Shown piece after piece: positions 1 through 8,704 of a DNA stretch of 64,000 bases. Under the pieces are notes generated by a model. That model was not told the origin of the DNA. It made no database searches and saw only the letters and a program-made list of their open reading frames with translations. The stretch lies in contig CAWCBP010000001.1 of assembly GCA_963793865.1 (NCBI GenBank), positions 800,001-864,000 of the forward strand. The letters run 5' to 3'. Both the position numbers and the translations under genes were made by a program. Each line of letters starts with the position of its first letter. Positions within the stretch are counted from its first letter, which is position 1. This DNA comes from an uncultured delta proteobacterium (GTDB lineage Bacteria; Desulfobacterota; WTBG01).

Positions 1-93
1 AAAGGAGGTGAGGCAGGTTGCGCTGAAAGCAAGATTAAAAAGAGGCATTTTCAGTACGCGCTAATTATCCAAAAGCCATGAGGAGGATGTTGT

Positions 94-1200
94 ATGAGAC
101 GTTACGCTTTGTGTACCGGAATAATGATGCTGTTTTTCATCAGCGTTCCCGCATTGGCCGCCCCTCCATTGGGACTTCCTGAAGTTCCCATACCGGCCGA
201 CAATCCCCAGACACCGGAAAAGATCGCATTAGGCGATAAACTTTTCAACGACAAGCGGTTCAGTTCAACCGGCGAGGTGAACTGCGCCACCTGCCATAAA
301 AAGGAGATGGCTTTTACCGACCAATTGCCGGTTTCAGAGGGGATTAATAAACTCAAAGGAACAAGAAATGCCCCGACCGTTATCAATGCTGCTTATATGC
401 AAACACAGTTCTGGGATGGGCGTGAGCCTTCACTCGAGGAACAGTCCGGACAGCCCCCAATTAACCCGGTGGAAATGGGATTAGCTGATTATGACCCTAT
501 CCTGCGAATTGTCCGGACCGATCCTGAATACGCCGGCATGTTCAAGAAGGTATTTAAAAAGTCCGGGGATCAGATTACCATGAAGGAAGTGAAGCAGGCG
601 ATAGCCGCATTTGAGAGAACCATCATTGCCGGGGATTCGCCTTTTGACCGCTACCAATACGGTGGCGACAAAACCGCCATGAGCGAGGCGGCCATACGCG
701 GGCTTGAGATTTTCCGGGGTCAGGGACGCTGCGTGTCCTGCCACGTCATTGAACAGACGCAGGCGCTGTTTACCGACAACCGCTTTCATAATATCGGGGT
801 GGGGTTCCTTAAGCTTGCTGATAAGGAAGATGAGGTGGCAAAGGAGTTGCTGGAATCGAAGCGCAAGGGAGCTTCCGTTGATATTGAAGTGCTGACCAAG
901 GAGAACACCTCTGAGCTGGGACGTTTTGCCATTTCTGAAGTCATTCAGGACATGAGCGCCTTCAAGACATCGACACTTCGCAACATCGACAAAACGGCCC
1001 CCTACATGCACGACGGCAGCCAGAAGACGCTTGAGGACGTGGTGAAATTTTACAACAACGGAGGCAGGCTGGAAAAGACGGAGCCGCTTTCTCCTTTTCT
1101 TGACGGAGGCATACGGCCGTTGAACCTGAGCAAGGAGCAGGAAGATGATCTGATTCAATTTTTAAAAGCGCTCACCAGCCCTCAGTTTGCCAAACAGTGA
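94..1200 (+). CDS. Diheme cytochrome c peroxidase-superfamily protein, MauG/MbnH/BthA-like
   Basis: Sec signal peptide; two CxxCH motifs (CATCH, CVSCH); RNAPT..FWDGR and FKTSTLRN..APYMHDG motifs; FY at the MauG Tyr-ligand position; GAGGAGG RBS. Confidence 0.9.
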   Translation: MRRYALCTGIMMLFFISVPALAAPPLGLPEVPIPADNPQTPEKIALGDKLFNDKRFSSTGEVNCATCHKKEMAFTDQLPVSEGINKLKGTRNAPTVINAAYMQTQFWDGREPSLEEQSGQPPINPVEMGLADYDPILRIVRTDPEYAGMFKKVFKKSGDQITMKEVKQAIAAFERTIIAGDSPFDRYQYGGDKTAMSEAAIRGLEIFRGQGRCVSCHVIEQTQALFTDNRFHNIGVGFLKLADKEDEVAKELLESKRKGASVDIEVLTKENTSELGRFAISEVIQDMSAFKTSTLRNIDKTAPYMHDGSQKTLEDVVKFYNNGGRLEKTEPLSPFLDGGIRPLNLSKEQEDDLIQFLKALTSPQFAKQ

Positions 1201-1237
1201 TCGTCACATAGCCCACGAACTTTCCAAGGAGGATGCC

Positions 1238-2314
1238 ATGCAATACCTCAATCGTCGTCAGTTTTTAAAGGGAGCCGGCTCGCTCATCGCAGCGGGCGCC
1301 CTGCCCGTGAGCCTGGTAAAAGTGGCCCTTGGCGCAGGCAGCGGCATAGAGGACTTTACCTTTGCCCATATCTCGGATTCGCATATCACCGTTCCCACCA
1401 AAGGGACATCAGTTCGCAACTGGGATAGAGGACTTATCCGGGCCATCGCCGAGGCCAACCTCTTAACGCCAAAACCTGATTTTATCATTTACGGCGGTGA
1501 CCTGGCGCAGCTGGGCAAGAAGGAAGAGATTGATCTCGCCCTGGAGCTGATGTCCAAGGCTGAGAGCAAGGTATATTACGTGATGGGCGAGCACGATTAT
1601 TATCTCGACCTCGGGGCATACTGGGAGTCAAAACTGGGTCCCCAGTGGTACAGCTTTGATCATAAGGGAGTCCACTTCGTGGTATTGAACAGCATTCTCA
1701 CCTACGATTCCTGGACGAACAAGAAGTGGCCGTCTCCCATGGACCGCATGCTGGCAATGGCTCGACTTGATAATCCCGGCGGTTCACCATTCATGGTGGG
1801 CGAAAAACAGCTGGCCTGGCTGAAAAAGGATCTCCAAAAAGTGAGCAAGGACACCCCGCTTATCGTCTGCTCCCATTCGCCGATCCAGAAGATCTTTAAG
1901 GGCTGGAATTTCTGGACCGAGGACGCAGAACAGGTGCAGAACCTTCTCAAGCCGTTTAACAAGGTGACGGTTATTTATGGTCACGTTCATCAGATCCAGT
2001 ACAACCAGATCGGCAACATCAGCTTCCACGCGGTAATGGCCACAGCCTGGCCCTGGCCCTACCCGCAAAGCTACACTCAACAGCCAAGCTATCTGCCGGA
2101 ACTGACGGTGCAGATGAACCGTGCCGACCCCTTCTTTGAACGGGATGCCACCGGCTGGCAATTCATCAATCTGCGCACCGGCAATGTGGACATGCACTAC
2201 CAGTTGCCCAACAACCGGAACAGAAGCGTGGTGTTCAGCGCTGAGGCGGGCAAGCCGGTGGATACGGTGTACCAGCCCGCAGAAAAACGCATTCCACCCC
2301 AGATTCACTTTTAA
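1238..2314 (+). CDS. Tat-exported calcineurin-like metallophosphoesterase
   Basis: RRQFLK twin-arginine signal; DSH, GGD, GEHD, HSP, GHVH metal motifs; AAGGAGG RBS before ATG 1238. Confidence 0.88.
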   Translation: MQYLNRRQFLKGAGSLIAAGALPVSLVKVALGAGSGIEDFTFAHISDSHITVPTKGTSVRNWDRGLIRAIAEANLLTPKPDFIIYGGDLAQLGKKEEIDLALELMSKAESKVYYVMGEHDYYLDLGAYWESKLGPQWYSFDHKGVHFVVLNSILTYDSWTNKKWPSPMDRMLAMARLDNPGGSPFMVGEKQLAWLKKDLQKVSKDTPLIVCSHSPIQKIFKGWNFWTEDAEQVQNLLKPFNKVTVIYGHVHQIQYNQIGNISFHAVMATAWPWPYPQSYTQQPSYLPELTVQMNRADPFFERDATGWQFINLRTGNVDMHYQLPNNRNRSVVFSAEAGKPVDTVYQPAEKRIPPQIHF

Positions 2315-2337
2315 TGAAACAATGAAGGGAGGCAGTC

Positions 2338-2751
2338 ATGAAAAAAACAGGATACATGTTTTTGATTGCGGCGATTGCCGTCGGGACGTTGTCCTGGCTG
2401 ACGACGGCCGGCTCTGATGAGTTTACCCAGGAGGATCTGAAGAGATGGGAGCAGGAATTCCTGAGTGTGGTTAATGAGGGCGACAAGCTATTTCACAGCG
2501 GGACGCTCGGCGGCAACTCGGTATCATGCGACCAGTGTCATCCCAACGCCAGCAACACCCATCCGGAAACCTACCCCAAATTCCAGAAGCAGATTGGAAA
2601 AGTGGTGACACTGTTCGAAATGCTCAACTGGTGCATCCAGAATCCCCTGGAAGGGAAGACGCTGGCCGCTGACGATCCAAAAATGGTCGCCCTGCAGGCA
2701 TATATTACCCATGAGCGGCGCGGCGTTAAGCTTGATCCGGGCAAGCACTGA
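2338..2751 (+). CDS. Periplasmic monoheme cytochrome c, SoxA/TsdA-like domain
   Basis: Signal peptide; CDQCH; YPKF...TL..MLNWC...LEG pattern resembles SoxA/TsdA His/Cys heme domains; GGAGG RBS. Confidence 0.8.
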   Translation: MKKTGYMFLIAAIAVGTLSWLTTAGSDEFTQEDLKRWEQEFLSVVNEGDKLFHSGTLGGNSVSCDQCHPNASNTHPETYPKFQKQIGKVVTLFEMLNWCIQNPLEGKTLAADDPKMVALQAYITHERRGVKLDPGKH

Positions 2752-2781
2752 TCAAATTGAATGACTGCAGCGAACGAAAGA

Positions 2782-2810
2782 GGAGCCCTCATTGATGAAA
2801 TGAGGGCTCC
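2782..2810. terminator. Hairpin between convergent genes, probable terminator
   Basis: GGAGCCCTCATT-gatga-AATGAGGGCTCC, perfect 12-bp stem; weak U-tract. Confidence 0.65.
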
Positions 2811-2830
2811 ATGCTTTCGGCAAGAATGCT

Positions 2831-5059
2831 TTAGCGATAGGGTTTCAATAATTCTATAAACTCCGAAGGTATGGGATAGCCGAGTTCCAGGGACTTGTCA
2901 CAGTAGAATACGGCCAGCTTGTATTCCTTATTCAGATAGTGGGCAAGCGCGAGGTTCTTATTGGTCGTCGGATCGTGAGGCGCTCTGGCCAGAGCCTTCT
3001 GAAACGTTTCAATTGCCCGGTCATAGACAGCGGTTTCAAGATATGTGGTGCCGAGATTGTTATATGCAGTAATATAGTCAGGATTGACGGCGAGGGCTTT
3101 TCTGTAAGCTGAGATTGCCTCATCAGACAATTTTTTGTTGGCATAGGCATTGCCGAGATTGTTATAGGCCATGGCGTGGGTGGGGTTAACCTCGAGAGCT
3201 TTTTTATAAGCGGCAACGGACTGATCGTAGAGATGTTTATCGAAATAGGCGTTGCCGAGATTATAATGAGCCTCGACGTAGTAAGGGTCAATAGCCACGG
3301 CCTGCCTGTAGCTGGCAATGGCTTCATCCAGCATGCCTTGTGCGGAATATGAATGACCAAGATTATAATATGCCTCGGCAAAGTCAGGGTTAATTGCAAG
3401 TGCCTTCTTAAATGAGGCAAGGGATTGATCAGGCTTGCCCATCGCATAATAAGTCAGCCCCCGGTTGTTTTCAGCCTCCACATAACCGGGATTGATGCTC
3501 AGTGCCCGCTGGTAGCAGGAGAGGGCCTCATTGAATTTGCCCTGGCTGTGATAAAGAATGCCAAGGTTGTTGTGTGCCTCAACATAACCGGGATCAATCA
3601 GTATGGCCTGCTCGTAGTGCAGCTTGGCGGCATCAAGCCTGCCCTGCGTGTTGTATTGCAGGCCAAGGTTGTTGTGCGCGATGGGAACCGTATGCGGGAA
3701 AACGCTGATCACATGCTTCCACAGGGTCTCGGAGCTTTGCCAGACTTGTATCTGTTGTATGGTTTTCTGTCCCAGACCAGCAATGCCGACGGCGATACCG
3801 AACATGAACAGTACTGCCCATGCCATGCCGTTCTTCTCTGAAGAGATCTTTCCATACACCCATGCCACGCCAAGGCCGGCAAGGAGAAAGATGCTGATGC
3901 TCGGGAGGTAGGTGTATCGGTCTGCCGCAGCCTGTTTACCAACCTGAATAATTCCGATGACGGGGAGAAGGGTGATGACATAGTATGCCCAGACAGTTCC
4001 TAATAGATGCCGGCCCCGTTTTACCATCAAAAAACAGATGCAGGAAATGGCCGCTACTGCTACTGCCGACAAGACGTGTTCAGTTGAAAACCAGCGAAGG
4101 CCTGACGGAAAAGGATAAAAAGGGACCAGCGTCTCCGGCCAGAGCATCTGTTTCAGATAGAAGATGAGTGATCTGAATGCGTTCATCACCCGTACCTGCA
4201 TGGGGAACTGATCCAGGCCGCGCACTACCCCTTCTGACGGCGCTATAATGGCGATCACAGCGGAACCCAGGCTCATGACAATAAAAGGAACTTTTTCCTG
4301 CAGGATGCGAAAGAGCCTGCCTGAAAACCGCGTTAATCTGCCCAGGGGGTATATATCCAGCAAGAATAGTATAGCGGGAATGGTTACAGCCATGGGCTTG
4401 GACATCAGGGCGAAGAGAAAGAGCAGGATGCTGGTGATGAACCAGCTTGCTTTTTGCCTTCCCGTATCAGAAGCAACATATGAAAGATAGGAGGATAGGC
4501 ACAAGAGGCTGAAAAAAGCGCACAGGAGGTCTTTGCGCTCGGATATCCATGCCACTGACTCCACGTGGACAGGATGCAGGCCGAAGAGCAGGGATGTGAC
4601 TAATGCTGTAATGAAAATATTGATCTGCTGCGCACCCTTTGCAGGACCCTGATTGCTCCTGGACGCATTGTGCAGGAGCAACTGAATGATGAGCAGGTAC
4701 ACCAGGAGGGTGTTTAATCCATGCAGTACTACACTAGTAAAATGATGACCCAGTGGATTTTGCCCCCAAAGGGAGTAGTCTATTGCATGACTGAGCCAGG
4801 TAACGGGATGCCAGTTATGGACGTCAAGCGAGGTGAGCATCCAGTGAATGGATTGAACATTCAGAGCAAATATTCTGGTATTTTCATAGACGTATTCATT
4901 ATCATCCCAGTTAACGAATCCGTTCTGTATGGAGGGCAGATACGCCAGCAGGGCAAGAAAGAATACCGCCAGGGCCCCTGCGTACACATAGGGCTTGATT
5001 CGCTTCCCGGTAATCCTGTCCGAAACCCTGACCATCGTCTTGTCTGAAAGGCTGAACAT
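2831..5059 (-). CDS. TMTC-like GT-C membrane glycosyltransferase with C-terminal TPR repeats
   Basis: NWDD, HPVHVESVAWISERKD, SKPMAV and ADRYTY motifs; many TM segments; about 8 34-aa TPRs (AHNNLG/AYYNLG); ATG overlaps the murJ stop (TGATG). Confidence 0.85.
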   Translation of the reverse strand: MFSLSDKTMVRVSDRITGKRIKPYVYAGALAVFFLALLAYLPSIQNGFVNWDDNEYVYENTRIFALNVQSIHWMLTSLDVHNWHPVTWLSHAIDYSLWGQNPLGHHFTSVVLHGLNTLLVYLLIIQLLLHNASRSNQGPAKGAQQINIFITALVTSLLFGLHPVHVESVAWISERKDLLCAFFSLLCLSSYLSYVASDTGRQKASWFITSILLFLFALMSKPMAVTIPAILFLLDIYPLGRLTRFSGRLFRILQEKVPFIVMSLGSAVIAIIAPSEGVVRGLDQFPMQVRVMNAFRSLIFYLKQMLWPETLVPFYPFPSGLRWFSTEHVLSAVAVAAISCICFLMVKRGRHLLGTVWAYYVITLLPVIGIIQVGKQAAADRYTYLPSISIFLLAGLGVAWVYGKISSEKNGMAWAVLFMFGIAVGIAGLGQKTIQQIQVWQSSETLWKHVISVFPHTVPIAHNNLGLQYNTQGRLDAAKLHYEQAILIDPGYVEAHNNLGILYHSQGKFNEALSCYQRALSINPGYVEAENNRGLTYYAMGKPDQSLASFKKALAINPDFAEAYYNLGHSYSAQGMLDEAIASYRQAVAIDPYYVEAHYNLGNAYFDKHLYDQSVAAYKKALEVNPTHAMAYNNLGNAYANKKLSDEAISAYRKALAVNPDYITAYNNLGTTYLETAVYDRAIETFQKALARAPHDPTTNKNLALAHYLNKEYKLAVFYCDKSLELGYPIPSEFIELLKPYR

Positions 5060-6681
5060 CAATTATATTTATATATGGAATTCGCAAGGGCTTTTATGCG
5101 CGCCATAACCTTGGGCACAAGATAATCAACTTCCTTAATTTTTATGATATAAATATTCGCAAAATAAAAGATAATAGACGCAAGAATGGTGAAAAGAAGC
5201 GCGCATAATTCTCCCAGGATATTCATAGGCAGGCATAATGCTATTATTTTATTGAGCCATTGCGCTCCAACCCCCATGATTGCGGATATGAGAACAATTT
5301 TAAAAAAACATTGCAGCAGGTAAAAGACTCGATACCCGTTTACTTCCCGGTAGAGGGCAACACTTAAAAATAAAAAATTAATCAACACACACAGGGAAGT
5401 TGAAAGGGCAATGGCGCAATGCTGCAACGGTTCAAGCAGCATGAGCACAAATATGATATTGAGCAGGACAGTAAGAAATGATCCTAAGACCGGATAGCGT
5501 GTCCGGTTAAGCGCGTAAAAGACCGGCACGATAATTTTAAGTGATGCATAGGCGAAGAGTCCCACAGAATAGAGTGAAAGAGCCTGTGCTGTCATCAGCG
5601 TGTCATGAGCGCTAAAGCGGCCGTGCTCAAAGATAATGCTCACAATCGGCTGTGCGAGGAAGATCAGACCAGCGGAGGCGGGAATCGTCAGCAGCATGGA
5701 AAGTACCGAGGAAGAAACAAACGCACCCTTGAGCTCTTCCATATTGCCATTCGATGCCTGGGTTGAAACAACCGGCAGGGTTGCCATGGAGAGCGATACG
5801 CCGACCATGCCGATGGGGAAAAAAATGAGGCGGAAGGCGTAATTAAGCCAGGAAACGCTTCCTTCAACGCAGCTTGAGGCGAAGAAGGTGTTCACAAAGA
5901 GATTAATCTGGGTGGCGGAAAGTCCGATGATCGCGGGCAGCATCAGCTTCATGATTCTGCGCAAGCCCTCGTCGCGCAGGTCGAGATGCCAGGAAAATGC
6001 GAACCCCTGATGCCGCAGCTCCGGCAGCTGAATGGCAATCTGGAGCAGCCCGCCGACCAGGGTGCCGATGGCCATGCCGACGATGGGCTCCCGGTTTAAC
6101 AGTGAAAAGCAGTATGAGAAGAGAAGGCCGGAGAGGATGGATCCGAGGTTAAAAAAGCTTGAGGCCATGGAGGGAATGAAAAATTTATTCAGGCTGTTGA
6201 GCATCCCCATGGCAATGGCGGAAAGGGACACCAGGAGCAGAAAGGGAAACATGATGGAGGTCATCAGGGCGGTGAGCTCGTGCTTGCCCGGGACAAGGGA
6301 AAAGTCGGGCGACATCAGGGAAACGATCTCTTTTGAAAACAGCATCCCGAGGACGGTTATTCCCCCCACCAGGACCAGGAGGGTGGCAATAACGTTGTTG
6401 GCGAGCTTCCAGGTGGGTGCGCTTCCCTGCTTATTGCGGTAATCGGTAAAGACGGTTATGAAAGCGGCGCTCAGCGCGCCCTCCGCAAACAGGTCCCGCA
6501 GCAGGTTGGGAATTCTGAAGGCCACAACAAAGGCGTCGTAGGCGTAACCCGCTCCGAAAAACCCGGCAAACACCTGTTCGCGCACAAGACCGAGCAGCCG
6601 GCTTATGAGCACGGCGAAACTGATGGTCCCGGCTGAGCGGGCGATGGATGACGTGTATGACGACTCAGAATGTCCGGTCAT
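5059..6681 (-). CDS. murJ: Lipid II flippase MurJ (MviN)
   Basis: SRLLGLVRE, AFRIPNLLRDLFAEGALSAAF, LNYAFRL motifs; polytopic membrane protein. Confidence 0.93.
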   Translation of the reverse strand: MTGHSESSYTSSIARSAGTISFAVLISRLLGLVREQVFAGFFGAGYAYDAFVVAFRIPNLLRDLFAEGALSAAFITVFTDYRNKQGSAPTWKLANNVIATLLVLVGGITVLGMLFSKEIVSLMSPDFSLVPGKHELTALMTSIMFPFLLLVSLSAIAMGMLNSLNKFFIPSMASSFFNLGSILSGLLFSYCFSLLNREPIVGMAIGTLVGGLLQIAIQLPELRHQGFAFSWHLDLRDEGLRRIMKLMLPAIIGLSATQINLFVNTFFASSCVEGSVSWLNYAFRLIFFPIGMVGVSLSMATLPVVSTQASNGNMEELKGAFVSSSVLSMLLTIPASAGLIFLAQPIVSIIFEHGRFSAHDTLMTAQALSLYSVGLFAYASLKIIVPVFYALNRTRYPVLGSFLTVLLNIIFVLMLLEPLQHCAIALSTSLCVLINFLFLSVALYREVNGYRVFYLLQCFFKIVLISAIMGVGAQWLNKIIALCLPMNILGELCALLFTILASIIFYFANIYIIKIKEVDYLVPKVMARIKALANSIYKYN

Positions 6682-6801
6682 GGAGGGATGAAGTATGCAT
6701 GCTCAAGATGGCTGTTTGCTCAAATGTTTTACAAGAGCGCGGCGGATGTGGCGGTATAGGCGCGGCGCCATCATTGCTGTCGCCACGCCCTTCAACTTCA
6801 T

Positions 6802-7494
6802 TCATGATTGACGGGGCGGTTCGCTGATTTCAGCCGCGACATCAATGCGTGACCTTCTTGAAATCCTTTTCTGACGAGCAAACTCTATTAGAGTGGGCAG
6901 AAGAGATACCGCCAGGATTATTATTATAACCAGGGTAAAATTGTTCTTTACCAGGGGTATGGTGCCGAAGAAATAGCCGCCCAGGGTAAAGAGGAAAATC
7001 CATAGAACACATCCCACGATGTTATAGGTAAGAAAACGTCCATAGGACATTCTGCCCACACCGGCCAGGAAAGGTGCGAAGGTGCGTATGATGGGGAGAA
7101 ATCGTCCAATCACAATGGTCATGGGACCATACTTATCAAAAAATGCATGGGTGCGGGAAAGATACTCCTTTTTAAAAAACCGGCTGTCTTCCATGTAAAA
7201 AACCCGGGGCCCGATGTAGCTGCCGATGGCGTAGTTAACCGTATTGCCCAGAATGGCCGCGGCAGATAAAACGGCAAGCAGCCAGCCCAGATGTAAAGAG
7301 CCAAGCGCGCAAAAGGTGCCCGCAATGAAAAGCAGTGAATCTCCGGGCAGAAAGGGAGTCACCACCAGTCCTGTTTCACAGAAGATAATGATAAAAAAAA
7401 TCAGGTATGTCCAGTTGCCATACTGCAGAATCACTGCATGCAGGTATTTATCGAGATGCAACAGTATGTCAAAAAAATTAAGTACCAGTTCCAT
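6802..7494 (-). CDS. DedA family membrane protein
   Basis: FCETGLVVTPFLPGDSLLF and GRFLPIIRTFAPFLAG motifs; start placed at MELVL. Confidence 0.92.
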   Translation of the reverse strand: MELVLNFFDILLHLDKYLHAVILQYGNWTYLIFFIIIFCETGLVVTPFLPGDSLLFIAGTFCALGSLHLGWLLAVLSAAAILGNTVNYAIGSYIGPRVFYMEDSRFFKKEYLSRTHAFFDKYGPMTIVIGRFLPIIRTFAPFLAGVGRMSYGRFLTYNIVGCVLWIFLFTLGGYFFGTIPLVKNNFTLVIIIILAVSLLPTLIEFARQKRISRRSRIDVAAEISEPPRQS

Positions 7495-7810
7495 GCGCTT
7501 ACCCTGATCGCCTTGCGGCTGAAATTGCTGAAGTTGAACACGTTTGGCCATTGTAATGGGGAACAGCGGAGTATGCAAGATATATTTCTGTGCCGGGACA
7601 TGGGGCATTATGAAGCGGGCGCTCTGCCGTCACCTGTCTGCAGAATGGTTGCGCGGGATAATTGCCTGCTCCGCACCGGATGACGATTCTTCGCTTCGTG
7701 GGTTTCGCAGAGAATTCATTTCTTGCCCTGGAGGCCAAAATAGTATAAGATAATAAGAAGTAATAACAAAGTGAGGTCAAAAATCGGCAATCACCTTCAG
7801 GGAGGCTGAA

Positions 7811-8020
7811 ATGTTTGGTGGCGGAATCGGGATGTCGGAACTGCTGGTAGTATTGGTCATTGTCTTAATTATTTTCGGCGCCGGCAAGCTGCCGGAGATC
7901 GGCAAGGGGCTTGGGAAGGGAATCCGGAATTTCAGGCGTTCCTCCAGCGGACTTGATGACATTGAAGGGTCCATCAAGGAGAATGAAAAGGAATTGGATG
8001 ACAAAGCAAAGAAAACGTAA
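7811..8020 (+). CDS. tatA: Twin-arginine translocase subunit TatA/E
   Basis: [40 protein letters not shown]. Confidence 0.95.
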   Translation: MFGGGIGMSELLVVLVIVLIIFGAGKLPEIGKGLGKGIRNFRRSSSGLDDIEGSIKENEKELDDKAKKT

Positions 8021-8197
8021 TCATAAACCTGATTAATGCCATTTGTCCCGCCTTTGAGTGTACGGCACGTTAGCGGCAATCAAGTAGCTGCGGCGGCATG
8101 TTCCCTTACCCCTGCCACGCCGTTCGGTCACACGAAAGATAGTGCAGCAAAAAAAGCGAGGTTTAAAACCCGGAACTGCTTTGAGTGAGAGGGTGTC

Positions 8198-8704
8198 ATG
8201 ACAGACTATGATGACCGGGACGACAGGCCGTCCTGGAGCGACATTGACAAGCGACGGGACAGGAGCCGTCATGTCCGGGATGAGCAGCCCGAGTCACGGA
8301 AAACGCCCTCGGCCCACGACGAGTGGATTAAAAAGCAGTACCGTAAGGAAATTGAAAAGCTTTTCAAGGGCGCAAAGGAAGAAACGGAAGAGCAAAAGAA
8401 GTCCCGAATGGAAATAGACCGCTCCTATGGAACCGGCAGGTTCAACAGCGCGGTAAAACAATATGTTAAGCAGCACGGTCTGCCCGGCGACTGGGGTACC
8501 CTCATCCTGATGCTGGATCACAAGGATACTGCAATCGTTCTGCAAAGCCTGGAGGCACTCAGGAAGATGGTCGCCGAAAGCACGCCGGCGGAGCAGGAGG
8601 GTTTTAGAAGCAGGGTTAAAATCATTGCCATGACCGCTGAAGACGAATCAGTGCAGGAGTGTGCCGAGCAGATGCTTGAGGAATTAGGGCAGGAAGGCGG
8701 CTAG
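8198..8704 (+). CDS. Hypothetical charged helical protein (HEAT-like C-terminus)
   Basis: 168-aa ORF with RBS-like GAGG; SWSDIDKRRDRS N-terminal motif; no family recognised. Confidence 0.7.
   Translation: MTDYDDRDDRPSWSDIDKRRDRSRHVRDEQPESRKTPSAHDEWIKKQYRKEIEKLFKGAKEETEEQKKSRMEIDRSYGTGRFNSAVKQYVKQHGLPGDWGTLILMLDHKDTAIVLQSLEALRKMVAESTPAEQEGFRSRVKIIAMTAEDESVQECAEQMLEELGQEGG

Noticed and set aside
1..38. AAAGGAGGTGA, complementary to the 16S rRNA 3' end, followed by TTG-CGC-TGA
   Set aside because: The following bases do not continue as 16S sequence. The mini-ORF is two codons, and UGA readthrough would stop at TAA four codons later. Context is cut by the window edge.
2900..3690. ~102-nt periodic repeats
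   Set aside because: Explained by the TPR coding repeats; not a CRISPR array or DNA-level element.
6754..6793. GC-rich imperfect hairpin between dedA and murJ
   Set aside because: Too degenerate to call a REP or terminator with confidence.
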